Notes: generated by a model from the letters alone, not told the origin. 64,000 bases of DNA from an uncultured cyanobacterium (GCA_963744145.1 CAVUSO010000001.1:7456001-7520000), one strand, 5' to 3'; positions 39,134-51,105 are shown, counted from the first letter of the stretch. Numbers and translations: made by a program.

Positions 39134-39905
39134 TAATCCTCACTGGTTTTTCTAAGTGCGTCTAGTCAGAATCCATTTCAGTAGTTACCCAGCCAAAAAC
39201 AAATTCGTTCGGTGGCCATACTTTCATGAGCAAGTAAGTGTATTCATGATCCAAGCACCTACTCCTGAGAGAAAATTTTTAGTGGTATCCATCTATGGCT
39301 ACATTTAGTTCAAAACTTGTCATCCTATTGCCTAGGAATTTTCCGCACCCTGTGATCCAGTTTTAATCGTTATGTACATAGAAAGCAATTACTATTCTAA
39401 CAGTCCTCCACTTTGAATTACACCGGACATCTTACCAAGTAGTAGTCAAACTTGGTAAATATTTTGTGGATCAAAGATCACTTCTGCAACAATCCGTAAC
39501 TCAATCGAAGGTTGGGACATCCTGACAATTTGCCATGATTAATCGGATTGTTGGCTGAATTGTCACCAAAAGCAGTTATTGTTGATCGGTCAAACTTTGA
39601 TATATGAGATTAGCAGCGAAACGGCTAAATTGGATCAGGAATTTTTTCTTGTCGCTATTTAATTTTTTAAATATGTCACATTAATTGTGCAATTACCACT
39701 GCTAATTAATCTAGTTTTAATCGTGATGATTAATCTAGTTTACTCAAATCAGCAACCAGGTTGATGCCAAGATTAATCTTGCTTTGAGAGACTTAGGTGC
39801 AGTTGTTTGGGAATTAATTGGGGAAAATAGGGGATGGACGGGTTGATCGAGCAGGAATCTGTCAAGATTAGTTAAGAATGAATTAAAATATTTTGAGGCA
39901 AAAAA

Positions 39906-41378
39906 ATGGATGTTCGTGGAACTGATACTCTGTGCTGGGACTGGTCTGGTGATACTCTGGTGATTGGCTTATTTGAGGACATGGAGTTAACGGACGATCT
40001 GGTAGCACTGGATAAAAAGCTCTGCGGAGGATTGACAGAACTGATCAGTGAGACAGAATTTAAAGGAAAAGAAGGTAGTCGTAATATTACGAGAGTGGAT
40101 CGCAATAGCCTGATGCGGAAAATTGCTCTAGTTGGACTCGGTCAGCGAGATGGCGCTAAATTAGACCAGTGGCGCAAAGCAGGAGCGATTTGCGCTCGGT
40201 TAGCAAAAAAAGAAAAAATTAAGACTCTGGGGATACAATTACCAATACATCAGTATGACCCAGCAGTGATTACTCAAGCCATGGTCGAAGGCTTAGAATT
40301 GGCAGTCTATCAAGATTATCGGTTTAAATCTGAATCAGATGATCAAGCTTTGAAACTGGAACAAGTAGATTTATTAGGCTTGGGCGATCAATCAGCAGCG
40401 ATTGATCGCGCTCGTACTATTAATGCTGGAGTGATCCTGGCACGTCAATTGGTGGCAGCCCCAGCTAATCGGGTCACACCAGAAATACTGGCCCAAACTG
40501 CTCTGGCGATCGCGGCTGAATATGGTTTAGCGGTGGAAATTTTGGAGCGAGCTGATTGTGAACAACGGGGAATGGGGGCTTTTTTAGGAGTGGCTCAAGG
40601 TTCGGATCTCCCTCCCAAATTTATCCATCTCACCTATACACCAGCAACTACTCCGAGAAGGAAATTAGCGATTATTGGTAAAGGGATTACCTTTGATTCG
40701 GGAGGACTGAATCTGAAAGTCTCGGGGAGTGGGATTGAATTGATGAAAACTGATATGGCTGGTGCTGCAGCTACTCTGGGTGCAGCGAAAGTAATTGGGC
40801 AGTTAAAACCAGATGTAGAAGTCCATTTTATTAGTGCTGTGACGGAGAATATGATTAGTGGTCGAGCCATTCACCCAGGTGATATCCTCACTGCATCTAA
40901 TGGTAAGACGATTGAAGTGAATAATACTGATGCTGAAGGACGTTTGACTTTGGCTGATGCTTTGGTCTTTGCTGAACAATTGGGAGTAGATGCGATCGTG
41001 GATTTGGCGACTTTAACTGGTGCTTGTGTGATTGCTCTGGGTGATGATATTGCGGGACTATGGAGTTCAAGTGATGCGATCGCCTCGGAATTATTACAAG
41101 CATCGAGCCTAGCTGGAGAAAAATTGTGGCGGATGCCTTTAGAAGAAAAGTATTTTGAGGGGATGAAATCGATCGTCGCTGATATGAAAAATACTGGTCC
41201 GCGTAGTGGTGGAGCGATTTCTGCGGCGATGTTTTTGAAGCAGTTTGTTAAGGATACCAATTGGGCGCATTTAGATATTGCTGGTCCGGCTTGGATAGAT
41301 AAAGAAAATGCTTATGTTAGTGCTGGTGCAACTGGTTTTGGTGTCCGGACTCTGGTGAATTGGGTGGAGCTAACTTGA
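39906..41378 (+). CDS. pepA: Leucyl aminopeptidase (M17)
   Basis: [25 protein letters not shown] and HLDIAG motifs. Confidence 0.96.
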   Translation: MDVRGTDTLCWDWSGDTLVIGLFEDMELTDDLVALDKKLCGGLTELISETEFKGKEGSRNITRVDRNSLMRKIALVGLGQRDGAKLDQWRKAGAICARLAKKEKIKTLGIQLPIHQYDPAVITQAMVEGLELAVYQDYRFKSESDDQALKLEQVDLLGLGDQSAAIDRARTINAGVILARQLVAAPANRVTPEILAQTALAIAAEYGLAVEILERADCEQRGMGAFLGVAQGSDLPPKFIHLTYTPATTPRRKLAIIGKGITFDSGGLNLKVSGSGIELMKTDMAGAAATLGAAKVIGQLKPDVEVHFISAVTENMISGRAIHPGDILTASNGKTIEVNNTDAEGRLTLADALVFAEQLGVDAIVDLATLTGACVIALGDDIAGLWSSSDAIASELLQASSLAGEKLWRMPLEEKYFEGMKSIVADMKNTGPRSGGAISAAMFLKQFVKDTNWAHLDIAGPAWIDKENAYVSAGATGFGVRTLVNWVELT

Positions 41379-41509
41379 TCTGATCAGGCTGATGATTCTA
41401 CCAGAACAATTGTTGGACTAGGGCTGTTTCATGCTCGATCCTCACCTGTGATCGACCTAACCCCCCAACCCCCTTCCCTGCGAGGGCAGGGGGAGTAATT
41501 AAGTTAAGT

Positions 41510-43057
41510 GTAGGGGTGAAGCATTCGGGCGACAATTGAACAATCAAACCAGTAATATTATACCCGAATGCTTCGCCCTTCTTCTGTGCCGAGAGTTCCC
41601 AAAAAATTCTGAACTGAATGTATTATATATCTAGTTGATCTGTTGGTTGCATAGATGGCAGGGCAAAGCATTTCGGTCATATTATTCTTCCCTTCGACTA
41701 CGCTCAGGGTAAACGCTTCAGCAATTATTTATGCGCCGAAATGCTTTGCCCCTACGAGGAACTGAACTGGATTGGTATTTAATCAGCGATCGCTTGTAGA
41801 TCAATCGGGTGTAGGGGCGAAGCATTCGGGCGATAATTTACCGCTTAAACCAGCAATATTATATCCGAATGCTTCGCCCCTCTTCTGCGCCGAGCTCCCC
41901 AAAAATTCTTAACTGAATGTATTGTAATATCTAGTTGATCTGTTGGTTGCATAGATGGCAGGGCAAAGCATTTCGGTAATATTATTCTTCCCTTCGACTA
42001 CGCTCAGGGTAAACGCTTCAGCAATCATTTATGCGCCGAAATGCTTTGCCCCTACGAGGAACTGAACTGGATTGGTATTTAATCAGCGATCGCTTGCCGA
42101 TCAATCGGATGTAGGGGCGAAGCATTCGGGCGATAATTTACCGCTTAAACCAGCAATATTATATCCGAATGCTTCGCCCCTCTTCTGCGCCGAGCTCCCC
42201 AAAAATTCTTAACTGAATGTATTGTAATATCTAGTTGATCTGTTGGTTGCATAGATGGCAGGGCAAAGCATTTCGGTAATATTATTCTTCCCTTCGACTA
42301 CGCTCAGGGTAAACGCTTCAGCAATCATTTATGCGCCGAAATGCTTTGCCCCTACGAGGAACTGAACTGGATTGGTATTTAATCAGCGATCGCTTGCCGA
42401 TCAATGGGGTGTAGGGGCGAAGCATTCGGGCGATAATTGAACAATCAAACCAGCAATATTAGATCCGAATGCTTCGCCCTTCTTCTGCGCCGAGCTCCCC
42501 AAAAATTCTGAACTGAATGGATTGTAATATCTAGTTGATCTGTTGGCTACATAGATGGCAGGGCAAAGCATTTCGGTAATATTATTCTTCGTTTCAGCAA
42601 TCATTTATGCGCCGAAATGCTTGCCCCTACGAGGAACTGAACTGGATTGGTATTTAATCAGCGATCGCTTGCCGATCAATGGGGCGTAGGGGCGAAGCAT
42701 TCGGGCGACAATTGAACAATCAAACCAGCAATATTATACCCGAATGCTTCGCCCTTCTTCTGCGCCGAAATCCCCAAAAATTCTTAACTGAATGTATTAT
42801 AATATCTAGTTAATCTGTTGGTTGCATAGATAGCGAGGGCAAAGCATTTCGGTAATATTATTCTTCGCTTCAGCAATTATTTATGCGCCGAAATGCTTTG
42901 CCCCTACAAAGAACTGAACTGGATTGGTATTTAATCAGCGATCGCTTGCCGATCAATCGGGCGTAGGGGCGAAGCATTCGGGCGACAATTGAACAATCAA
43001 ACCAGCAATATTATATCCGAATGCTTCGCCCTTCTTCTGCGCCGAGCTCCCCAAAAA
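41510..43057. repeat. Tandem array of 5 full and 1 partial REPIN/BIME-like units (275-301 bp)
   Basis: GTAGGGG starts at 41510, 41811, 42111, 42411, 42686 and 42963. Each full unit has two oppositely oriented GTAG hairpins, and the first three carry a ~25 bp CCTTCGACTACGCTCAGGGTAAAC insert. Confidence 0.95.
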
Positions 43058-43162
43058 TATCATAGTTTAAGCAACTAATGAAATGCTGCAAACCTCATTC
43101 CTACGTCATCCAATTTTTCTGAAAAATATTGTTGATCTTTTAAAAAAGCTATATGTTAGAGT

Positions 43163-45907
43163 CTAGAGAAGAGAAAAGAGACAACCACTAGAGTCGGCAC
43201 CACCGGCCCACCACCCATCCCACAACACCCACACACACGGGAGGTGTCCCACCGGAGCCGATATCTTAAAAGTGAGGTCAGAGTAGCTCAACCAGCTTCC
43301 TCCTTTTCTCCAACCGACTTCATTTGCTAGTTTAACATAAGTATCGGAATCATAACTACAATCTAGCTTACCACCCAATTTGAGCCAGATTTTCTTCTGG
43401 ACTGAAAACCCAAATTTGTCATTAGAATGCTTTAACCACAACTGGTCAATGATCCGCAGTTCATTTTTCGGAAAATTACGACAATTATCTTTTGTTAACC
43501 ATTCCTCTTTTTCCCTGTTCATAATTTTTAACATGACTCGACCAGTTTCTTGATCTGCTTCTTTCCATTTTTTGTCTGATAACAATTGATCCAGTTTCCT
43601 CAAATCAGCTCTAGATGTAACTAAATTAACTTGGGGTGGTGGAGAAATTGGGGTAGGGATTTGAGGAGGTTCAACAACTATTTTTGCTTGTTCTTGACGA
43701 ATCCCGTCAATTTTATCGGCAACATCATCCCGCTTTTCAATTATGCTAGTAATCCCAAGACCGATCGCTTGATTATAATCTTGGACAGCCTGTTCATATT
43801 GTGCTAAAGCAGTATTAAGATCGTTTATACTTGAAGCACGGTTACCAAGCTGATTATAAGCATCTCCTCGATACCGAAAAGCCTCGGCATAATTAGGCTG
43901 AAGTTCTAGAGTGCAAGTAAAATCAGGAATAGCTTGATCTGGTTGTTTCAACTTCAGATAGGCTAAACCGCGCTGATAGTGACCCCGAATAGATTGAGCA
44001 TCTAGTTGAATAACTTGATCAAAATCTGTAATTGCTAGATTATATTGGGATGCTTGCATTCTCCTCATCCCTCGCTCAAAACAAGCATCAACTATACTAA
44101 AATGGTCTTCTCCTAAAGCTGTCAAACATTGATTCAGTTGATCCACATACCCCAGGTCAGCAGGAATAACTACAGATGCTATTACTGTTAATAACACTTT
44201 AGTTAATTCCACCTGATTGTTTAAGTTATCTTCCTTCAGTAAAACATCTTCAGGAATCAAGCTAGCATCGCGCAATTCTAGCCAAGATATAAGGGCGTAA
44301 TTAATTTGCCCTCTTGCCCAAAATTTATCATCTAAATGCGTTAAATTTAGGGCAAAATCTAAGGCTAAATTTGGCACCCGATAGGGATTAATCAACTTGA
44401 TAGTTTGATAGATACCGCGATAGATGAAAAAAATGATATTGATGATTTCATTTTTCAAATTAGTATCATCAATTTTTGCTAATAAATCTGGTAAAAGCGT
44501 CGGCAATAGCGGCATAACATCATAATGATAAAGATGATACTGATCTGCTGCTAAACCTGCTAAAATACAATGAACATTACCCAAAAATTCTGCTAATTCT
44601 TGGATATATTCATCTTCATTAACCCGATAATCACGCCGTCTATTTCTACCTTGTTGCTGATCTCTTTTTTCCGCTTCTAAAACCTTTAAATTTTCCTCAT
44701 CATCGCCCCCTTCTTCTGCGATTTCTTTAGGGGTTTTACCTTCATCCATTAGTTGAATTCTAGTTTCTCGCCAAAGACGGGCATTTTCTCGCGCTAATGG
44801 ATAAAGCAGATCTTTCCAGGGAATAGATAGGATTCTTTTGTAGCGATAGTGAATGTCCATACTATCCCAACTGGCGATATAGATATTAATAAAATCCCCA
44901 TCAACCTTCGATTCTAAAATTAGAGTAGGGATCGATTGATGAGTATAGTACAAATTTTCCATCGCTCCTTCAGAATGCAACCTTTTACTATCCCAAACTC
45001 CCCCTAAAAATTTAGTTGGTCTGATGCTACTTTCTACAGGATAATGATGAGAATCTTGCAAAAACTCACGCAATTTATCTGTTAATGCTGTTTCAATTTT
45101 AGCAAGCCCTTGTCCAGCATGAGAAAATTTCTCAAATTCAACTGCGGGAGGTGAAATAATCACTAATAAAGGTACTGGTTTACTAGCATCAAATTTTCTG
45201 TAAATATTGAGAGTGGGAACAGAATTAGAAATCAAGGGATGATTATTGAGAATGCGTTGATATTCCGCTGACATCATCATGTTTTGTAACTGAATAGATG
45301 CCTGAATAAACATCGTTTCGCGGTCATATTTTCTTAAATTCCATTCATGTTCCTGCCGCGCTTGTATTAATTGTTGTTCAAAATCTTGCCTTTGCTGCAA
45401 CCGGATATTTTCCCATTCTTGTCGGAATCTTTCGATTTTCTGTTGATTTTCGTGGCTCAAATTAGCCAATTGAATTGCTTCATCATGCTTGCGTCTTGCT
45501 TCTTCATAAGTAAATTGTTGATTGTCTTTTTGCAAATCATATTGATTTATCCATTGCACTTGTAATTCTTCCATTCTAAATTCTTGCCGCCGAGTTTCCA
45601 TGAGGGCGCTAAATTCGTGGCGGTCTTGCTGTAAATGCCAATCTGCTACTATTCTATTGTTAGTGTTTTGTCGGTTAGATTCGATAGTATCTAAAGTGTT
45701 TTTTCTGGAAACTAATCTTCCTGCTTCCATCTGAAAATTCGCATTAATCTGTTTGTCAGTATTGATAAGGTTAGCGGTAGCTGTGGCAGTTTGGGGCATA
45801 TAAAGCATCATTCCTGTAGCTATACCATTAGCTAAATCTTTTGCTCCATTCCAAATGTTACCAGCAACAGTTGTGATGCTATTCCAACAGTATTTCAGTA
45901 TGTTCAT
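43163..45907 (-). CDS. Multidomain protein: coiled coil, unknown globular domain, TPR repeats and a C-terminal GUN4-like domain with a hypervariable end
   Basis: Q/E/R-rich heptads and TPRs (AITDFDQVIQLD, AIPDFTCTLELQPNYAEA). The GUN4 domain is nearly identical to those at 2205-4450. Confidence 0.88.
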   Translation of the reverse strand: MNILKYCWNSITTVAGNIWNGAKDLANGIATGMMLYMPQTATATANLINTDKQINANFQMEAGRLVSRKNTLDTIESNRQNTNNRIVADWHLQQDRHEFSALMETRRQEFRMEELQVQWINQYDLQKDNQQFTYEEARRKHDEAIQLANLSHENQQKIERFRQEWENIRLQQRQDFEQQLIQARQEHEWNLRKYDRETMFIQASIQLQNMMMSAEYQRILNNHPLISNSVPTLNIYRKFDASKPVPLLVIISPPAVEFEKFSHAGQGLAKIETALTDKLREFLQDSHHYPVESSIRPTKFLGGVWDSKRLHSEGAMENLYYTHQSIPTLILESKVDGDFINIYIASWDSMDIHYRYKRILSIPWKDLLYPLARENARLWRETRIQLMDEGKTPKEIAEEGGDDEENLKVLEAEKRDQQQGRNRRRDYRVNEDEYIQELAEFLGNVHCILAGLAADQYHLYHYDVMPLLPTLLPDLLAKIDDTNLKNEIINIIFFIYRGIYQTIKLINPYRVPNLALDFALNLTHLDDKFWARGQINYALISWLELRDASLIPEDVLLKEDNLNNQVELTKVLLTVIASVVIPADLGYVDQLNQCLTALGEDHFSIVDACFERGMRRMQASQYNLAITDFDQVIQLDAQSIRGHYQRGLAYLKLKQPDQAIPDFTCTLELQPNYAEAFRYRGDAYNQLGNRASSINDLNTALAQYEQAVQDYNQAIGLGITSIIEKRDDVADKIDGIRQEQAKIVVEPPQIPTPISPPPQVNLVTSRADLRKLDQLLSDKKWKEADQETGRVMLKIMNREKEEWLTKDNCRNFPKNELRIIDQLWLKHSNDKFGFSVQKKIWLKLGGKLDCSYDSDTYVKLANEVGWRKGGSWLSYSDLTFKISAPVGHLPCVWVLWDGWWAGGADSSGCLFSLL

Positions 45908-46019
45908 GTTTGGGTTTCCTGCTAATTTATGATGTCTTTTATCAGATTGGGTTGAGTCTGCGTACCTTCCGGACTGCGTTTATGTAATCTTAGACTTTAG
46001 TAAAACAGATTAAAAATTC

Positions 46020-46137
46020 GGCGTTGCTGATTTACGGTATAAATAAATTTGTAGGGGCTTATGGCAATATAGAGGGCGTATGGCCATACGCCCCTACAGA
46101 ATTTTCCAATTATATCATACTCTGATTAAACAACGCC
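46020..46137. repeat. Small MITE-like element with an internal GTAG REP palindrome
   Basis: GGCGTTG/CAACGCC ends enclosing GTAGGGGC...GCCCCTAC. Confidence 0.65.
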
Positions 46138-47766
46138 CTAAATTCCTTTTACCTCTGGAGCAGATGAAACCTTATACACCAAAGAAGCTGACATTTGAGA
46201 GTAAGGCTCAAGGTGAAAATTCCAAGTACAAAAACCATTTTCATCAGGCATTATGCCATCAGTCGTTTCCTTTGCAATTACCTCAATTTTAACTTGTTCC
46301 AACTCAGAAATAGGCACCCGTTCAGTAGTTTTAATTACTCTCGATTCTGCTCCAATATTAGACAGGAATAACTTAATTGTCTTAGTGACTAAATTCCATT
46401 TGGTCAGATGATCCTGTTCCTCTTTCTGAGTCTGAGTTCTTTGCACTCGCATTGCTTCATCTGGTCCCCATCCTAAAGTAAATTTCTCTCCAGGAGCAAT
46501 AAATAGTACAGATGTTCGACCGACAAACCCAGATGTCCGTACTAAATCTACGGGTCCTGCTAAAATAGGTAATTTAGCTGTATTTGTCTGTTCGCTCTTG
46601 AGAACTACCTGCAAAGACATTTCTGGCATCCAAATATACTCAATATCTGCTTCTGAATCAAAGGAAAAGATGGGAACGCGATAAGGACGACCATCTGAAG
46701 GAATAGTTGCTTTTCTAGTCGGACGAAGATTACGAACTTCTCCCCCGTCATCAACACCAGGTAAAGTCACTGCTCTGGGATCTCTTGGCACAAAAGGCGC
46801 AAAAGGACTATCAACTGGTACTCCTCGTCCACTTATATTATTAACATCTTGTTCACGTAGTTCAATCTCTATTTTCTTAGATTTTTCTATTACATCTAAT
46901 TCTTCATCTGTCAATAGAGGTGGCTCAGTTCCTAGGGAAGCACGGGCAGTAGAAAATACTAAATCTACATCATGCCAATCTTCCCCTGTGCGTTGCCAAA
47001 CACAGCCATCCGTGCGAAAAGATAGAGTCGGTTTATCTCCTAGCAATAAACGCGCTTGGTGCCAAGGTCGCCAAATTGCATTGGGAACTACATAATCAAA
47101 AATAATTTCGTATTCCCCTGCTTGAGGAATCATTAAATCTGCCTCAATATTGGCAGTGTAGAGCATATCTGGACGGGATAAAGCTTGGGCTTTAGCAACT
47201 AAATTATTAATTTTTTCCTGTAAATCTTCCTGAGTGTGATGATTATTTAAAATTTCAGCACGTAAATCTCGCAACTGTTTAAATAGGGTGGATATTTGTT
47301 CTCGCCAAGTTTTAGGATCTATTTGTCCCCAAACCGCGTCTATGGGTAATTCTTGCAAACTTTTAGCTAAGATATTATTAATTTTATTAATACAGGATTC
47401 CAAGTGTTCACAGTCTTCAGTCAGATGATCAAAAGTTTTAGTAAGAGAATTTATTTCTTCTTCTAGAGCTTTAATTTCATCTGGTTTATCTGCTTCTTTA
47501 ATTAACATTTTACGGCGGACACGAACATCATCAATACGTGCATCAGGATAGTTTTGCGAGAATTCTGCCCGTAGAGATTTATCAGACAGAACTGGTGCAA
47601 CTTGCAATATTTTAATCCGCCAAAACCCTTGATTTAGTTGAGCTTTGCCAATTCGTCTTACTTGGGCACGGTCTTCGAGAAGTGTCACAATTGAAACAGG
47701 TGCATTGAGAGTTAATTCTTGGACGATCGCATTTGATGATTGAATTGATTGCATAAGTGATCTCAT
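46138..47766 (-). CDS. DUF4139/DUF4140 (MuiA-like) protein
   Basis: VTLLEDRAQVRR, YVVPNAIWRP, QRTGEDW..V.L..STA and IPSDG motifs. Confidence 0.85.
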   Translation of the reverse strand: MRSLMQSIQSSNAIVQELTLNAPVSIVTLLEDRAQVRRIGKAQLNQGFWRIKILQVAPVLSDKSLRAEFSQNYPDARIDDVRVRRKMLIKEADKPDEIKALEEEINSLTKTFDHLTEDCEHLESCINKINNILAKSLQELPIDAVWGQIDPKTWREQISTLFKQLRDLRAEILNNHHTQEDLQEKINNLVAKAQALSRPDMLYTANIEADLMIPQAGEYEIIFDYVVPNAIWRPWHQARLLLGDKPTLSFRTDGCVWQRTGEDWHDVDLVFSTARASLGTEPPLLTDEELDVIEKSKKIEIELREQDVNNISGRGVPVDSPFAPFVPRDPRAVTLPGVDDGGEVRNLRPTRKATIPSDGRPYRVPIFSFDSEADIEYIWMPEMSLQVVLKSEQTNTAKLPILAGPVDLVRTSGFVGRTSVLFIAPGEKFTLGWGPDEAMRVQRTQTQKEEQDHLTKWNLVTKTIKLFLSNIGAESRVIKTTERVPISELEQVKIEVIAKETTDGIMPDENGFCTWNFHLEPYSQMSASLVYKVSSAPEVKGI

Positions 47767-47830
47767 TAGTTAATTCTTGCACAAGGTTCATTTATAATTG
47801 AATTGATTAAAAACAAAATTAGTAACTGAA

Positions 47831-49993
47831 TTACTCCCTCCGATTTCCTCCAATTACTTCATGATCAACAAAAGTTTTAATCTTATAATCAACTGACAAG
47901 CTTTTTTGTTCTTTAGCAGCTATTTCCAAATGCCAAAGATAACCACCTTTAATTGGTGTCTCACGTTCTTGTTGCTGATATTGTTCCCAAGCTGGAGAGA
48001 CTTGCTCTATTTGTACTTCAACTTTAGCACCTTCTTTGGGAATAGGAAGACGTTCCCGCACTTCAATTTTAGCATTTCTAGAAAGATAATTTATAATTTC
48101 AATTTTGATCTGGTGACGAAATTCATTAAATGCTACAATTGTCTCGCTAGAACGTGCTTCGCTATAGGAAGTATTGCGAACTACTTTAATTGCTTGTTCA
48201 ACTCCTAATCCTAATTCCATCTGTCCTTGAGACGGAACTGTGACAATATTAGTAGACAAAATATATTCACCATCAATATATACATCAGCCGGACCACTTA
48301 ACAATGGTGCTGTGAGAGGATTGCGAAGTTGAGCAATTCGGAAAACATTGGTATCTTCGCGAGGAACTACCACATAGCGCACATCGACATCAGTAGTTTT
48401 GCTAGTTAGTGCAACAGAATGAAATTGACCATCTGAAGGAATATCAATCCTACCATCAGCATTATAGAAATAGTCAAAAGAACCAGAAGCTTCTTCTACT
48501 TCAATTCCACCTGGAGGAAGTGGTAATGAATAACATTCTCTTGCGTTGGATTGAGCTTGTTTCACTACTCTCCAGATATCAAAATTCACCACAACTTGTT
48601 GCTGTTTAAGGGGTTTTAAGTAAGCTTCTCCTTGTGATTCGATCGATAATTTACCGCGTTTAATGACATCATCATATGCTCCAATCCTCATGATACCGTA
48701 GGTAAACCAATTATTTACTAAATCACTATTTGAAAAAATTTTATTTAGTCTACCAGAAGATAAAGAAGAGAATCTCTGCATATCATAAGATTCAGCATGA
48801 ATTTTTTCTATATTTTGGGATGTTTTCCGTTTTTTCTGTGCTTCTTTTCGTGACATCGGCTTCTCCAAATCTTCCCAGTCACTATCGTCCGAAAATTTTA
48901 GAAAATCATCTTGGTTTTCTTGAGGTTTTTCTAGGAAAGATTCTAATTCATCAAACAGTCTAATTTCCTGAGCTTTTTTTTGATAGTTTTGAACTTTTTC
49001 TTCTTTCTTTATGCTTATATAGGGAATGGAAACAGTAGCAGTAGCACTTTCTTTTTGTCTATCAAAATCCTCAAATAAAATCTCCGCCCCCACAGGTGGT
49101 TTACGCCAACCAACTTTTCTGATTTCCTGTTGCGCTTTTCCTAATCGCAAAGATGGTAATTCTGGTATTCCACACCAACGGTTCGGTTTAGCTGTACAGA
49201 GTTCTAATCTGACACTCGACCAATCTTCTCCGGTTCGCTGACAAATTAATGCTCTGACTGCTATTGTGGCTTGATTTTCAGCACTATTCAACCGACAAAC
49301 ATAGGTTGGTATCCACCTTGCACCTGGGACAAAATATTCAATAAATAATTGAATTGTTTGATTTAGATCAGGGGATTCATTTTCATAACTTAAACTAACA
49401 GTTACTGTTTTTCGTAATTCTTCTGGTTTGGCATTTCTCGCAGTCGAAGCGATCGCTTTTTGCTGTTCTAAATCATCTAAATTTTCTTCCGCTTTAGCTA
49501 GCTTTTCTAAATTCTCCCGCTTTTCCTGAATTCTGAGGCGAATTTGTTCATCACTAAAATTAGCTAATGCTAATCTAGCACCCAGGGGTGAAGGAGGTGG
49601 TGCGACACCAATATCGCTGTCTGGACGGGCGGGTACTTCTAATTGATTTAGTACATCAATCTCATGATCAATTAAATCGATAATATCTTCAATTTTTGCT
49701 ACTTCAATCTCCGCTCTACGCAATTCTTCATCAGGAGAATAGTTGGGTGTTTCTCCTACTGGAGGAACCGCTAAACCAATGCGAATATCACTAGCAATAG
49801 GTGCATTTCCTTGCTCACTTTCTACTCTGACTCTGACACTGTTATCATCTAGAGCTAAAGGTAATTCACCTATTTCTACTTGGGTTGGTAATTCTGCTGT
49901 GGTAAGATTTAGTTGAGCAATTCGGGTAATGGTTGCACCAGAAGCATAGATTTTGACCTTATCTATGCGGGAAGGAAGTTTTTGAGTTACCAT
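47831..49993 (-). CDS. DUF4139/DUF4140 protein
   Basis: VKIYASGATITR, YFVPGARWIP, QRTGEDWS, IPSDGQ and ERLP motifs. Confidence 0.85.
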   Translation of the reverse strand: MVTQKLPSRIDKVKIYASGATITRIAQLNLTTAELPTQVEIGELPLALDDNSVRVRVESEQGNAPIASDIRIGLAVPPVGETPNYSPDEELRRAEIEVAKIEDIIDLIDHEIDVLNQLEVPARPDSDIGVAPPPSPLGARLALANFSDEQIRLRIQEKRENLEKLAKAEENLDDLEQQKAIASTARNAKPEELRKTVTVSLSYENESPDLNQTIQLFIEYFVPGARWIPTYVCRLNSAENQATIAVRALICQRTGEDWSSVRLELCTAKPNRWCGIPELPSLRLGKAQQEIRKVGWRKPPVGAEILFEDFDRQKESATATVSIPYISIKKEEKVQNYQKKAQEIRLFDELESFLEKPQENQDDFLKFSDDSDWEDLEKPMSRKEAQKKRKTSQNIEKIHAESYDMQRFSSLSSGRLNKIFSNSDLVNNWFTYGIMRIGAYDDVIKRGKLSIESQGEAYLKPLKQQQVVVNFDIWRVVKQAQSNARECYSLPLPPGGIEVEEASGSFDYFYNADGRIDIPSDGQFHSVALTSKTTDVDVRYVVVPREDTNVFRIAQLRNPLTAPLLSGPADVYIDGEYILSTNIVTVPSQGQMELGLGVEQAIKVVRNTSYSEARSSETIVAFNEFRHQIKIEIINYLSRNAKIEVRERLPIPKEGAKVEVQIEQVSPAWEQYQQQERETPIKGGYLWHLEIAAKEQKSLSVDYKIKTFVDHEVIGGNRRE

Positions 49994-50013
49994 GATTTGA
50001 TCAGTTCAGTGAT

Positions 50014-51105
50014 TTATTTGCGTTCTGGATGTGCTGCGGCTGGTGTTTCCGCGCCCATCTGATTAATGGTGGCAATGAGTTGGTAAAAACGTCCTAAATC
50101 TCGTTGATTAAAATATAAAACTAATCGGGGTAGTTTGACTGTTTCATCTCCTGCTTCTTGAGGTAGGGCATGGCTTTTTTCAATCCGTCCTTTAACTAAA
50201 ATATCACTAAAATTTTGATTTAATGTTTCTAGATCAGGGTCAGAAAGCTCTGATTGCAGACGAATCACCAGCAAATTTTCCACATAGCGACTCGAATGAT
50301 AAACTCGATAAAATCTTCTAATTACTTCGCAAGCGACATCTAAGTTATCGGTGACTGTATAGAGACTCGAATCCGAGGGACTGATTAAACCAGTTTTAAC
50401 CAGATGTTTTTCAATATAAGCATTCCAGTCTTGCCAATAGTCACCACCTGGTCGATCAATCATGACTAAGGGGACAGGACCAAATTTCCCAGTTTGACTG
50501 AGAGTCATGCACTCAAACGCTTCATCTTGGGTGCCAAAACCACCAGGAAACAGGGCGATCGCATCGCTTTCCCGTAGTAAAAAGAGTTTGCGAGTAAAGA
50601 AATATTTAAAATTAATTAGTTTTGGATCACCAGAAATAAAAGGATTAGATTCCTGTTCAAAGGGTAATTGGATATTTAACCCGAAGGAATTTTTGGCACC
50701 TGCACCTTCATTTCCAGCTTGCATAATTCCACCACCCCCACCAGTCATCACCATAAATCCTTGTTCGACTACTCGACGGGCAAAATCGACGGCAATCAGG
50801 TATTCTGGGGTATCTGGTTGTAAACGAGCAGAGCCAAAGATGGCAATTTTCCGAACATATCGGTATTGATAAAAGACTTGAAAACCCTGCTCCAGATCTT
50901 GGAGGGAGGCACTCAGAATTTTCCAATCTAAACGCTCAATTTCGGCATCAGCCAATCGAGCGATCGTGGCCAGAGAGCGGGCAATCCATTTGCTATGCTT
51001 TAGATGGGGTAGTTGTTCGATTAATTCATTAACAGCTACCGGGATTGGTTCAATCGGATCGAAGGAGGGGGGTAAACTCATGAGTGCTTCCGTCTTTGGC
51101 CGCAC
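50014..51105 (-). CDS. LOG family protein (Rossmann fold, PGGxGT)
   Basis: IFGSAR, TGGGGGIM, FKYFFTRK and FPGGFGTQDE motifs. Confidence 0.92.
   Translation of the reverse strand: MRPKTEALMSLPPSFDPIEPIPVAVNELIEQLPHLKHSKWIARSLATIARLADAEIERLDWKILSASLQDLEQGFQVFYQYRYVRKIAIFGSARLQPDTPEYLIAVDFARRVVEQGFMVMTGGGGGIMQAGNEGAGAKNSFGLNIQLPFEQESNPFISGDPKLINFKYFFTRKLFLLRESDAIALFPGGFGTQDEAFECMTLSQTGKFGPVPLVMIDRPGGDYWQDWNAYIEKHLVKTGLISPSDSSLYTVTDNLDVACEVIRRFYRVYHSSRYVENLLVIRLQSELSDPDLETLNQNFSDILVKGRIEKSHALPQEAGDETVKLPRLVLYFNQRDLGRFYQLIATINQMGAETPAAAHPERK

Noticed and set aside
41510..43057. CRISPR array
   Set aside because: Units are 275-301 bp and almost fully repeated, with no unique spacers and no cas genes nearby.
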